A DNA stretch of 64,000 nucleotides, from IMG/VR virus record IMGVR_UViG_3300033463_000052; one strand, given 5' to 3'. This document shows positions 10,621 through 19,188 of the stretch, one piece after another. The translations under genes and the position numbers were made by a program. Position 1 is the stretch's first letter; each line of letters starts with the position of its first letter. Below the pieces are notes generated by a model that ran no database searches, had not been told where the DNA came from, and was given only the letters and a program-made list of their open reading frames with translations. This stretch comes from an uncultured virus (IMG/VR IMGVR_UViG_3300033463_000052) (taxonomy: Duplodnaviria; Heunggongvirae; Uroviricota; Caudoviricetes).

Positions 10621-11466
10621 TTAAATATCAGTATTATTAAAAATCATATCCTGCGACATAACATTTCTAATTTTATTATCACAAGACTTAACATATCTGG
10701 AAGTAACAGCAATATTAGAATGACCAAGCGCATCCCTAATAGTAGCCAAATCTACCCCATGTTCCAAAGAATTAGTTGCAAAAAACATTCTAATCCAATG
10801 TGGGGAAATACTATTTGCATAAGGGAGATTAGCTTTTTTAGCCGCACGAATAAGTGACCTTCTAAGACAACTTTCATCAGCAGTAACAAAAAGTTTATCT
10901 GTACCTTTTTTATTTTTATAATTCTTAGAAAGGTAATCATCAATATAATACTTGGCAGTATCATTAACAAAAATCTTTCTTTCCTTATTACCCTTACCTA
11001 CAATAACAATTGACCTATCTGTAGCAAGCGCAATTTTATATTCTTCCAAAGTAATATTTGCCATTTCAGTATAACGCAATCCAGTAGAAGCCATAAGCGC
11101 AACAATAGCTTTACCTTCAGCAGTATACATATTTTTAATAATATTCTTCATATCTTCAGAAGAAACATACTGTTTTTCTTTAGGATTATTCTTAACTTTT
11201 TCAAGTTCCAAAGCAGGATTGGAATGAATAACTTCAATCTTTTTAAGATACTTAAAGTAACTTTTGACAGCAGAAATTTTCAAATTAATAGTTGCAGGAG
11301 AATTATTAGAAATCTTCTTCAGCCATTCAAGCAAATCCACATATTTAATTTCATTTTCTTCTTTCCCAATAATATTAAGCATTTCGTTAATATGGGTAAT
11401 GTAACTTTTAATAGTGTTTTCAGATTTATGCATTGCTTCAAGATAAGAAATATAAGTATTCTCCAT
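10621..11466 (-). CDS. XerC/D-like tyrosine recombinase
   Basis: SENTIKSY, TGLRYTE, GKGNKER, HWIR, LGHSNIAVTSRY catalytic set. Confidence 0.93.
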   Translation of the reverse strand: MENTYISYLEAMHKSENTIKSYITHINEMLNIIGKEENEIKYVDLLEWLKKISNNSPATINLKISAVKSYFKYLKKIEVIHSNPALELEKVKNNPKEKQYVSSEDMKNIIKNMYTAEGKAIVALMASTGLRYTEMANITLEEYKIALATDRSIVIVGKGNKERKIFVNDTAKYYIDDYLSKNYKNKKGTDKLFVTADESCLRRSLIRAAKKANLPYANSISPHWIRMFFATNSLEHGVDLATIRDALGHSNIAVTSRYVKSCDNKIRNVMSQDMIFNNTDI

Positions 11467-11488
11467 TTTATATACCCTCCATTTAATA

Positions 11489-11788
11489 TTATTTCTTTTC
11501 TACTTTATACCCATTTTCTTCAAGAAATTTAATTGCATTTAATATTTTATTATTTAAATTATCTTCTTTTGCTTGTTTCCTTATGTAATCATAAAAATCA
11601 CATTTATTTTTATCCCCACCACAAGAACATTCTTCTTGCTCTTTCGTACCAGCGCACCATCCATATTCTTCAATTCTATAATCGCTTAAATAATAATTAG
11701 ATATATTTGAATATATTTTTCTACTTCCTATATTATAACAATAACATGGAGAAAAGTTTATGTCATTTGAATAATTTATTTTTATCAC
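11489..11788 (-). CDS. Cys-rich hypothetical protein (shares domain with 38170..38481)
   Basis: CAGTKEQEECSCGGDKNKCDFY. Confidence 0.5.
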   Translation of the reverse strand: MIKINYSNDINFSPCYCYNIGSRKIYSNISNYYLSDYRIEEYGWCAGTKEQEECSCGGDKNKCDFYDYIRKQAKEDNLNNKILNAIKFLEENGYKVEKK

Positions 11789-11845
11789 TTCCTTTAATTT
11801 AATTGAATTATATCACAAAAAATAAAATTTGTCAAGCATAAAATT

Positions 11846-11875
11846 TTATCCCAAGATATTTTTATCTTGGGATAA
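11846..11875 (-). terminator. probable terminator at end of tRNA operon
   Basis: Perfect 13-bp inverted repeat ttatcccaagata/tatcttgggataa with 4-nt loop. Confidence 0.55.
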
Positions 11876-11948
11876 TATATCTAAACAATGAACCATTAGC
11901 TATTTACGGATTGTATAAATGCTTTTTTAGGAACATTGTTGTTTTATA

Positions 11949-12023
11949 TGGCTGGGGCGGGTTGAGTTGAACAACCTTACTATGGGTCAAAGCCATATAT
12001 CCAAGCCGTTAGATTACGCCCCA
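11949..12023 (-). tRNA. tRNA-Gln(UUG)
   Basis: Cloverleaf, anticodon loop CT-TTG-AC, encoded CCA. Confidence 0.85.
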
Positions 12024-12194
12024 ATATATAAAAACTTTTCTCCTAAATAAGATTCTAAAATAACGCCCTAAAGAATTTTAAAATCTATACAACGCTTGAA
12101 AAGTTGATTTGTTGATTTTATGTATTCGTGCGCACTCGTTTCACCTGCTAATAGGGATAGCTTTTGGGAACTAACAATAATCAACAGCGTTTCT

Positions 12195-12269
12195 TGGAGC
12201 CTCCATACAGAATCGAACTGTAATCTAAGCATTACAAGTGCCTTGTAATATCCTTTATACTATAGAGGC
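12195..12269 (-). tRNA. tRNA-Thr(UGU)
   Basis: GCCTCTA/TGGAGGC acceptor, CT-TGT-AA, TTCGA, CCA. Confidence 0.9.
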
Positions 12270-12274
12270 AAAAA

Positions 12275-12469
12275 TTAATTACATTTTTTATATAAATCTA
12301 TTGGACTATTCGCAGTACCAATTTTTTCATATCCATTTTTTAATATTTCCCAAAGAGTAAATTTTTCTTTCTTTGTATTTTGAGATATAATATATTCATT
12401 TCCATATTCAGAAATATATCTTACACCATAACCATCTTCAGATTTAGGAATTTGATTTACAATACTCAT
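12275..12469 (-). CDS. hypothetical protein
   Basis: 64 aa ORF directly after a sigmaA promoter. Confidence 0.6.
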   Translation of the reverse strand: MSIVNQIPKSEDGYGVRYISEYGNEYIISQNTKKEKFTLWEILKNGYEKIGTANSPIDLYKKCN

Positions 12470-12777
12470 ATATTATACCACACTTTTTATTATTTGTCAA
12501 GTATTTTTTTTAGAAGAAGGATGATTTAACTGCTATCCACAGAGAACTTCATCAAACTTGTGAATCCTATATATATACTTCTTCTTATATAAATCGACAG
12601 TTTTATTTCTACTTTGCCAAAGCTTCATTAAAACTGTCTTAGGTTTAACCACTCAACTATAGTCAGCTTATAGGCGGCAAACTCTACAAACCAACCATTT
12701 CAAAGGCAAGGATTTTAGCCTGTTTACAATCCCAACTTGGTACGCTTAGACCTATGACCATAGGCGTATTGGGATAT

Positions 12778-12853
12778 TGGAGTGGATAATGGGAATTGAA
12801 CCCACAGCATCCAGATTGGAAGTCTGGCACTCTGCCAATTGAGTTATATCCAC
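12778..12853 (-). tRNA. tRNA-Gly(UCC)
   Basis: CCAGA-CTTCCAA-TCTGG anticodon arm, TCCA end. Confidence 0.92.
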
Positions 12854-13144
12854 ATATTTTAAAATAGGTTTTTATCCTTCTATGCAGGATGCCTATAAGC
12901 ATTTCAACCTATCAACCCACTTTTCTTTTTCCTCGGACTGGATAAGGAACCTACGCTTACCAGCGGCAGTTTTTTGAAATGATACTTGCAAACATTAGTA
13001 GAATATTTTATTACCTTTTGTTATTACTACCATTCTAACGCAATTACACAAAGTAACTTGAGGGGCTTCTTTTCAGGACTTATTTAAACCCATACGACTG
13101 TTCCGCTAAACGCTATTCACTTGCGGTGTCCACGTTGAATTGAT

Positions 13145-13260
13145 ATGTAATCGTTACCCCATGTCCAGCTTTTCACTTATCATGCGTTGATTTGAATAAG
13201 CAGTTTACCCTATCATTTCAAGATACTAACTTATTTCTCTTGGATTATTCACGATTACAT
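13145..13260 (-). ncRNA. putative structured ncRNA directly 3' of tRNA-Glu
   Basis: Perfect 10-bp closing stem atgtaatcgt/acgattacat; no ORF. Confidence 0.55.
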
Positions 13261-13337
13261 TGGTGATGCTATGGGGACTTGAACCCCAAAATTCCAGCGT
13301 GAAAGGCTGGTGACTTTACCTATTCGTCTATAGCACC
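13261..13337 (-). tRNA. tRNA-Glu(UUC)
   Basis: CCAGC-CTTTCAC-GCTGG anticodon arm, CCA. Confidence 0.92.
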
Positions 13338-13492
13338 ATAATTAAACTCCCCCACGAACAACACATTAGTCTGTTCATTATCTTTGTCTTGATATTATCT
13401 CAAATGGGCTGGTATGTGATTTTCCAGCCTTGTGGGGCTTGAAAGTTCACTTAAGAGCTTACAAATCAAAATCGTCCAATTGTTACCATTCC

Positions 13493-13649
13493 ATATGCCC
13501 TTATGTTCTGGTGTCTGGTGTTATGGACAATTTACCAGCACTTTTCCCCTCAATGGGCGGGAAGTCCAGCTACTCTCTGTTAAGGTCGTTGCTCAAATTT
13601 CGGATGTTACAGCATCCTCACCGTAATCTGTAACTTACGGATGGCATAT
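13493..13649 (-). ncRNA. putative ~157-nt RNA with kissing loop and pseudoknot
   Basis: 7-bp closing stem; hairpin loops GUUACAG and CUGUAAC complementary; UGGAC/GUCCA pairing. Confidence 0.6.
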
Positions 13650-13709
13650 TCGTATTTCATTTGTTTTCCTTATTGGAATGGCACAAAGCAATACTGAAAT
13701 AAAAGCCTC

Positions 13710-13785
13710 TGGTCTGAGTGGGGAGACTCGAACTCCCGGCATCGTGATCCCAAATCACGCATTCTACCAACTGAATTACACCCAG
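13710..13785 (-). tRNA. tRNA-Pro(UGG)
   Basis: CGTGA-TTTGGGA-TCACG, TTCGA, CCA. Confidence 0.92.
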
Positions 13786-13800
13786 ATATTTTTAAAAAAG

Positions 13801-13877
13801 TGGTAGACGGTTGGGGACTTGAACCCCAATCTTTGGATTATAAGTCCAAGGCTTCTAACCGATTGAGCTAACCGTCT
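13801..13877 (-). tRNA. tRNA-Ile(UAU)
   Basis: TTGGA-CTTATAA-TCCAA, full cloverleaf, ACCA end. Confidence 0.9.
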
Positions 13878-14278
13878 AAATCAATTTTTTTATTTCTGAG
13901 GGATACCAAGTTTTTCCTCTGCCCTTCCCTTTATTAGCACCCCTATAATTTTTAGTTAAAGAATAACAATTTGGGTATAAAAGAATTAAATTTTCTGGAC
14001 GATTATTTTTATAATTCCCATCTATATGTTCAACTTCTAAAGGTATTAATCCTGTAAATGGATTTCTTTCACCCCATCCCCCATCCACATTTACTACATT
14101 TACGGTCTGGTATGTTGCCCCAATGGTCAGTTTTATGAAAACCATCTATTTCACCACTTAACAATTTTCTTTCCCATTCTTTTCTTTCAAATTCATGTTG
14201 ACATTTACTACAACAATATTTTCTTCCTTTATAAGTTTTTTCAATTTCTTTCCTACAATTTAAACATTTTATATTCAT
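13876..14278 (-). pseudogene. frameshifted HNH endonuclease
   Basis: Two overlapping ORFs joined at a GGATGGG duplication (~14073-14086); LYPNCY in place of the usual LCPNCH. Confidence 0.75.
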
Positions 14279-14380
14279 TTTTTAATCTCACCCATTTAAA
14301 GATTTATTTTTATAGGTGAGATAGAAGAAATAGGCTTCTATCTCTAAATATAATAGTTTGCAACCTACTATAACCCTATA
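14279..14380 (-). ncRNA. structured 5' leader of homing endonuclease gene (copy 2)
   Basis: Loop CCUAUUU (14328-14334) pairs with AAAUGGG (14291-14297) at the SD. Confidence 0.65.
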
Positions 14381-14382
14381 TG

Positions 14383-14455
14383 TGGATGCAGGAATAGGAA
14401 TCGAACCTATGGAATTTAGTTTATGAGACTAAAGTGAATACCAATTCTTCCTGCT
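14383..14455 (-). tRNA. atypical tRNA with CAU anticodon (Met or Ile2)
   Basis: TTTAGT-CTCATAA-ACTAAA, ATAGG-TTCGATT-CCTAT, CCA; short D arm, unpaired first position. Confidence 0.7.
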
Positions 14456-14498
14456 ATATTATAGGATTCATTTTTCAGAATCCTATTTTTATAAAATT

Positions 14499-15266
14499 TC
14501 ATTCTTTTTTGTTTATACACTTAAATAAATGTGTTTTTTCATTATAGATTAAGAAAGCATACTTACTTGTATGAAATCTTTTATGGTCAGAAGAAGTTTG
14601 AAAAACAATTAAATTATTAAATTTATTATTATGTTTATTTTCATCAATATGATGAACTGTATTTTCTTTTTTTAATTTTCCATTTAACAATTTATTTGCA
14701 ATATAATCGTGTTCAAAATAAGATGGAAAATCACAAATTTCTTTTAAACTTCTTTTCTTTATAATTATATATTCTTTATTATTATTTGTTTCATAATAAG
14801 GAATTTTTATATTTAAAGTTTCTATATAATCAAACCATTTTTTAATTTCTTCTTTATTATGATTTTCAAATATATGATAAAAATTTTTATCTAAATAGCT
14901 CCAAGTTGTATTTCTTTTATACCCATTTTCATATTTATTTTTCATTGTTTGGACTTGTTTTGCTATTTCTTTACAATTTTCTTTTGTTTTCCCTTTTCTA
15001 TTATTTTTAATATAAATAGCAAATTTATCTACATCTTTTCGATTTGGGTTATATTTACATCTTAATTCATGTTGTGCTAAACTATTTTTATTTTTGCATT
15101 CTTTTTTACAAAATTTACAATATAAATCATCATGGTCTAAATGATATGAATTAATTTTATCATTTTTATAACCATTTATACAAGCATTTTCGTGTTTTTT
15201 AATACAAGCAACATCAATTAATCTTCCACAATTTTTACAAGCTACTTTTTTATGTATATTATACAT
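14499..15266 (-). CDS. HNH endonuclease with N-terminal Zn-finger-like repeats
   Basis: CKNC..H..C, CKFC..HELRC, VHHIDENKHNNKFNNL...HKRFH. Confidence 0.8.
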   Translation of the reverse strand: MYNIHKKVACKNCGRLIDVACIKKHENACINGYKNDKINSYHLDHDDLYCKFCKKECKNKNSLAQHELRCKYNPNRKDVDKFAIYIKNNRKGKTKENCKEIAKQVQTMKNKYENGYKRNTTWSYLDKNFYHIFENHNKEEIKKWFDYIETLNIKIPYYETNNNKEYIIIKKRSLKEICDFPSYFEHDYIANKLLNGKLKKENTVHHIDENKHNNKFNNLIVFQTSSDHKRFHTSKYAFLIYNEKTHLFKCINKKE

Positions 15267-15368
15267 TTATTTTTCCTCCTACATAGGTAATTATTTTATA
15301 TAATAAACAGTAATTTTAATAATGTAGGTATTAAAAAACATCCGTCAATGCTGTCCTGTTTATTATAT
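15267..15368 (-). ncRNA. structured 5' leader of homing endonuclease gene (copy 3)
   Basis: 13-bp closing stem; loop CCUACAU (15322-15328) pairs with AUGUAGG (15278-15284) overlapping AGGAGG. Confidence 0.7.
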
Positions 15369-15369
15369 T

Positions 15370-15446
15370 TGGTAGCGCCCCCGAGATTCGAACTCGGCCT
15401 GTAACGATTTTAAGTCGTTTGTCTCCTGCCTCTGGACTACGGCGCC
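15370..15446 (-). tRNA. tRNA-Leu(UAA), short variable arm
   Basis: AACGA-CTTAAAA-TCGTT, TTCGA, ACCA; 77 nt. Confidence 0.88.
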
Positions 15447-15607
15447 ATATCTAACTTACTTTTATATTATATCACAATTTTCTTCATTTGTCAAGAACTT
15501 TTTTTATGGCGACTCGTTCCTCACACAGTTCATTAAGGTAAGCGGATTTCTAACCACCATTGTGTATAAATGCTGTTCACTTCATTTGACTTCTATATTA
15601 TATCACA

Positions 15608-15847
15608 TTACTTGTTATTTGTCAAGTATTTTTTTACAATTTTACTTATTTTATGTTGAGTATATTTATATTTTATTTTATCCATAATCTTATATCTACG
15701 AAAACCAAGACAGTTGCCATTTTCATCTATGTGGTCACACATTAAACCTCCAAAATAATAACAATAATCACAATATTTTTTTCGTAAGATATAATTATTT
15801 ATAAATTCTATAATATTATATTTTAAATTAAAAATTATTTTATTCAT
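15608..15847 (-). CDS. Cys-rich hypothetical protein
   Basis: 79 aa ORF in operon. Confidence 0.5.
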   Translation of the reverse strand: MNKIIFNLKYNIIEFINNYILRKKYCDYCYYFGGLMCDHIDENGNCLGFRRYKIMDKIKYKYTQHKISKIVKKYLTNNK

Positions 15848-15849
15848 TT

Positions 15850-16032
15850 CTAAAATTGAAAAATTTCATCAATACATTCAATTATCTTTTCAATTCTTTT
15901 AATTTCAAAACTATCTAAATTTTTACTATTGTATTTTAAAAAATTAATTAAAGGGAGTCTTACACCAACCGCTAAATAATTTCTTAAATAATCGTTACAA
16001 ATCCAATTACAAATTTTAAATTTTAATCCCAT
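15850..16032 (-). CDS. hypothetical protein
   Basis: 60 aa coupled ORF. Confidence 0.5.
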   Translation of the reverse strand: MGLKFKICNWICNDYLRNYLAVGVRLPLINFLKYNSKNLDSFEIKRIEKIIECIDEIFQF

Positions 16033-16033
16033 A

Positions 16034-16321
16034 TTACTTCCTTACATAATGTTTCTTCCAAAATTTATTTAAAAATTCTTCTTTTGATTTATAACTTTCT
16101 TTTAAATATTTATATCTATTTAAATCATTTAATGCTTCATACTTACTCCATCTTGAAATATAATCATGAATTTCCCATGAATTAAATAATCTTCTATATT
16201 TATTCCCTTTTGAAAAATGATTATTTTTTCTTCTTACTTTTTTATTGGCTAATCTTTTCCAATATTTAGCCCCATTAGGACGGTCTGTACATACAGGATT
16301 TTTCTTATAACTTCTTGACAT
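16034..16321 (-). CDS. highly basic hypothetical protein
   Basis: MSRSYKK...KRLANKKVRR...SWEIHDY. Confidence 0.65.
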   Translation of the reverse strand: MSRSYKKNPVCTDRPNGAKYWKRLANKKVRRKNNHFSKGNKYRRLFNSWEIHDYISRWSKYEALNDLNRYKYLKESYKSKEEFLNKFWKKHYVRK

Positions 16322-16343
16322 ATGTCAACCATCCCATCTTTTT

Positions 16344-16580
16344 TTATTCTAAAATACTATCTTTTACATTATTTTTTATATAATCAACTGCTTCTGTGAG
16401 TGTATATTCCCATCTTACAAAATTCCATGTTACATCATAATATCTATATGAATTAAATCTTTTATAATCTCTTTTTTCTTTATATATACAATAAATCATT
16501 TCATCATTATTAAAAAATGATTTTCTTTTAATAATAATAATATGACCATTTTTTGATTCCCAAACAATTTTTTCTTTCAT
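16344..16580 (-). CDS. hypothetical protein
   Basis: 78 aa coupled ORF. Confidence 0.5.
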   Translation of the reverse strand: MKEKIVWESKNGHIIIIKRKSFFNNDEMIYCIYKEKRDYKRFNSYRYYDVTWNFVRWEYTLTEAVDYIKNNVKDSILE

Positions 16581-16581
16581 A

Positions 16582-16773
16582 TTAAAAAATGTAATAAAAC
16601 AACGCCTTTAACGTTTTCTTCCAATTATTATTTTTCCATTCATATCCATTACAATATAATTTATTATTTATTTGTGTAACTTTATGAGTATATTTCCCAT
16701 TTTTTAATTCAGGTAAATTAATTTCTTTACCATTTTCATAAAATTTTCCTAATGCACTATTAAAATATATCAA
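16582..16773 (-). CDS. hypothetical protein
   Basis: 63 aa coupled ORF. Confidence 0.5.
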   Translation of the reverse strand: MIYFNSALGKFYENGKEINLPELKNGKYTHKVTQINNKLYCNGYEWKNNNWKKTLKALFYYIF

Positions 16774-17093
16774 ATAAAATCATCCTTATAATTTTCAATT
16801 TCATAATTCATAGAATCAATTTTTCTTTTATCAGAAGGTTTATAATTTATAGCAGGACAATAATTTTTTCCTTTTTTTCTTGTTTTAGGTGAACACCAAG
16901 GACAACTACAATGAATTTTATTTTTTGAATATTCATGTAAATTATTGTACATACCAATTTGTATATAAGATTGCCAACTACAAAAGGGATTATTATATTC
17001 TTTTAAATTATAACAGCTTACAGCTAAATCAATATTTCTTTTTCTTTCTGCTTTAGAAAAATCTTTTTTTCTTCTCCATGCTCTATTTCTCAT
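16770..17093 (-). CDS. basic Zn-binding hypothetical protein
   Basis: MRNRAWRRKK...YSKNKIHCSCPWCS. Confidence 0.65.
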   Translation of the reverse strand: MRNRAWRRKKDFSKAERKRNIDLAVSCYNLKEYNNPFCSWQSYIQIGMYNNLHEYSKNKIHCSCPWCSPKTRKKGKNYCPAINYKPSDKRKIDSMNYEIENYKDDFI

Positions 17094-17171
17094 ATAAAAT
17101 CCCCTTTATAATAATTTTTAGATTTAAGGGGGTAAAATTCCCTTTTTAAAAAAGTTTTACCCCCTTAAAAA

Positions 17172-17477
17172 TTAAAACCAAAAACTGTCAAGTAAATCAA
17201 AAAGATTCAAAGAATCTTCTACTTCAGTATCAAAAGTCATGTGAAACGAACCATAGTCATTGATAAACTTATTAAGCTTTTCACGATAAACCTTATCTGC
17301 TTCAAAACGAGCCTTATAAGCATCTTCGACTTCCTTTGCACGAACCTTGCGTGTTTCAGAAAGCTTCTTCTTTTCAGCTTCCTTTACCGTAATAGCTTCA
17401 TCATACTTCTTTTCTGCTTCCAGACATTCATCAACTGTAGCGTAATACTTGTTAGTCTTTTCACTAAAAATCTTCAT
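17172..17477 (-). CDS. helical hypothetical phage protein
   Basis: 101 aa, strong SD, downstream hairpin terminator (~17124-17167). Confidence 0.7.
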   Translation of the reverse strand: MKIFSEKTNKYYATVDECLEAEKKYDEAITVKEAEKKKLSETRKVRAKEVEDAYKARFEADKVYREKLNKFINDYGSFHMTFDTEVEDSLNLFDLLDSFWF

Positions 17478-17537
17478 TTGTAAATTCCTTCCTTTACATG
17501 AAAAATAATTATATTTACCCCACGAATCTTAGGGGTA

Positions 17538-17613
17538 TGGTGTGTCTGGAGGGACTTGAACCCTCGACCCCATGATTAAAAGTCATGTGTTCTACCATCT
17601 GAACTACAAACAC
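17538..17613 (-). tRNA. tRNA-Lys(UUU)
   Basis: CATGA-CTTTTAA-TCATG, CCA. Confidence 0.92.
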
Positions 17614-17655
17614 ATATATATACTGTCAAAAAAAATAATTGACAGTATATTTTTT

Positions 17656-19059
17656 TTAATGGCTTAAAAGAAACATTGCAAGAAATAGAATGTCAATAAC
17701 CCAAGTTGAAATACGAATTTCTTGAATCTTTCCAACGAAAATTTTAATAAAAGTATAGGCAAGGATGCCAATACCAATACCATTACTGATACTATAACTA
17801 AATGCCATAATGGTAACAGTTAAGAATGCTGGAATTGCAATTTCTGGATTTTCCCATTCAATATCTTTCAGAGAACCAATCATTAATGCACCTACATAAA
17901 TAAGAGCCGCTGAAGTTGCCGCACTTGGAATTAATGAAGCAATTGGGGCAAAGAACATTGCAATGAAGAATAAACCAGCAGTAGTTATAGCAGAAAGACC
18001 AGTTCTTCCACCTTCTGCAACACCAGCAGATGATTCAACAAAAGTAGTAACAGTAGAAGTGCCACATATAGCACCAGTACAAGTAGCCAGCGCATCACTT
18101 AGCATGGCTTTATTTAAATTAAGAACTTCGCCATTTTCTGTCATAAGTCCACCACGGGAACAAGCACCATAAAGTGTACCTAAAGTATCAAACATATCAA
18201 CAATACAAAAGGCAATCATTGTAGTAAGCAAACTTAAGACAAAATTAGCTTGTCCATGAATTAAAATATAATTGCTGAAATCAAAACCAGATTTAAAAAC
18301 TGCAAATAAAGATTCCCTACCAAATGCCTTAAAAGCTGTTGAAGGACTCATAGTAAGAAAACTAAATCCATCATAAAAACCTTGAATAGTAAGCCCACCA
18401 AGATAATAAAGAACTGTACCAATAACAATGCCAATTAATACTGCACCTTTCTTTTTAAAAGCAACAAGGGCAGAAATAATTAAAATTGTAATAATTGTAA
18501 CAAGCATTGGCATAATTGTTTCCCAATTAGCAGAACCACTAAAGATATTAAATGAAGACATAGTGGAAGCTGTTGAAGCATCAGGAACAATAATTCCAGC
18601 AGATTGTAAGCCAATATAAGCAATAAACAAACCAATACCAGCAGAAATAGAATTTTTAACTGCTTTTGGAATAGCATTGAAAATAATTTTTCGTAAACCA
18701 GTTATGGTCAACAAAGTAAAAACAATGCCATCGAATAATACCATCACTAATGCATTAGCATAAGTAAATCCAAGCCCAAGACATACAGAATAAACAAAAT
18801 AAGCATTTAATCCCATCCCTGAAGCTTGTGCCAAAGGAAGATTTGCAAGCAATCCAATTAAAAGCGAACCAACACAAGCCGAAATTGCTGTTGCAATATA
18901 CATTCCTTCATAACTTACATCAGGTAAAGCAGAAAACATACCAGCATTTACAAACAAAATATAAGCCATTGCCATAAATGTTGTAATACCAGCTAAAATT
19001 TCTGTACGGATGGTAGTATTACGTTCTTTTAAATTAAAAAAACTTTCCATTAACACCAA
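17656..19059 (-). CDS. NCS2/AzgA-family purine permease (PbuG-like)
   Basis: TEILAGITTFMAMAYILFVN, GMGLNAYF, DMFDTLGT, GTSTVTTFVESSAGVAEGGRTGL; many hydrophobic segments. Confidence 0.93.
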   Translation of the reverse strand: MVLMESFFNLKERNTTIRTEILAGITTFMAMAYILFVNAGMFSALPDVSYEGMYIATAISACVGSLLIGLLANLPLAQASGMGLNAYFVYSVCLGLGFTYANALVMVLFDGIVFTLLTITGLRKIIFNAIPKAVKNSISAGIGLFIAYIGLQSAGIIVPDASTASTMSSFNIFSGSANWETIMPMLVTIITILIISALVAFKKKGAVLIGIVIGTVLYYLGGLTIQGFYDGFSFLTMSPSTAFKAFGRESLFAVFKSGFDFSNYILIHGQANFVLSLLTTMIAFCIVDMFDTLGTLYGACSRGGLMTENGEVLNLNKAMLSDALATCTGAICGTSTVTTFVESSAGVAEGGRTGLSAITTAGLFFIAMFFAPIASLIPSAATSAALIYVGALMIGSLKDIEWENPEIAIPAFLTVTIMAFSYSISNGIGIGILAYTFIKIFVGKIQEIRISTWVIDILFLAMFLLSH

Positions 19060-19096
19060 CCTTTTTATTAAAATTTAAATGCAGGATATTCCTGCA

Positions 19097-19188
19097 TGGC
19101 GGCGCTGGTAGGATTTGAACCCACGCACAGCTATTAACTGCCTTTCGATTTTCAAGACCGACCCCTTAAGCCCCTTGGGTACAGCGCC
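19097..19188 (-). tRNA. tRNA-Ser(UGA)
   Basis: TCGGT-CTTGAAA-ATCGA, long variable arm, GCCA end. Confidence 0.92.

Noticed and set aside
11846..11875. loxP/dif-like site for the tyrosine recombinase
   Set aside because: The 4-nt spacer and position at the end of the tRNA operon fit a terminator better; not fully excluded.
12880..12910. Solitary CRISPR-repeat mimic (CCTATAAG..TTCAAC)
   Set aside because: Only weak resemblance to type I-B repeats and on the strand opposite the tRNA transcript.
13585..13630. Hammerhead ribozyme (GGUGAG-stem-CGAAA on minus strand)
   Set aside because: CUGANGA core is not intact and no matching stem III or cleavage triplet was found.
12684..13633. ORF-track ORFs 12684..12902, 13430..13633 and 13432..13626
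   Set aside because: They overlap a tRNA or structured RNA, lack SDs and look spurious.
11949..19188. Stop-codon recoding, suppressor tRNA or theta ribozymes
   Set aside because: No CUA/UCA/UUA anticodon, long genes intact in the standard code, tRNAs encode CCA, and no HDV-like fold recognised at their 3' ends.
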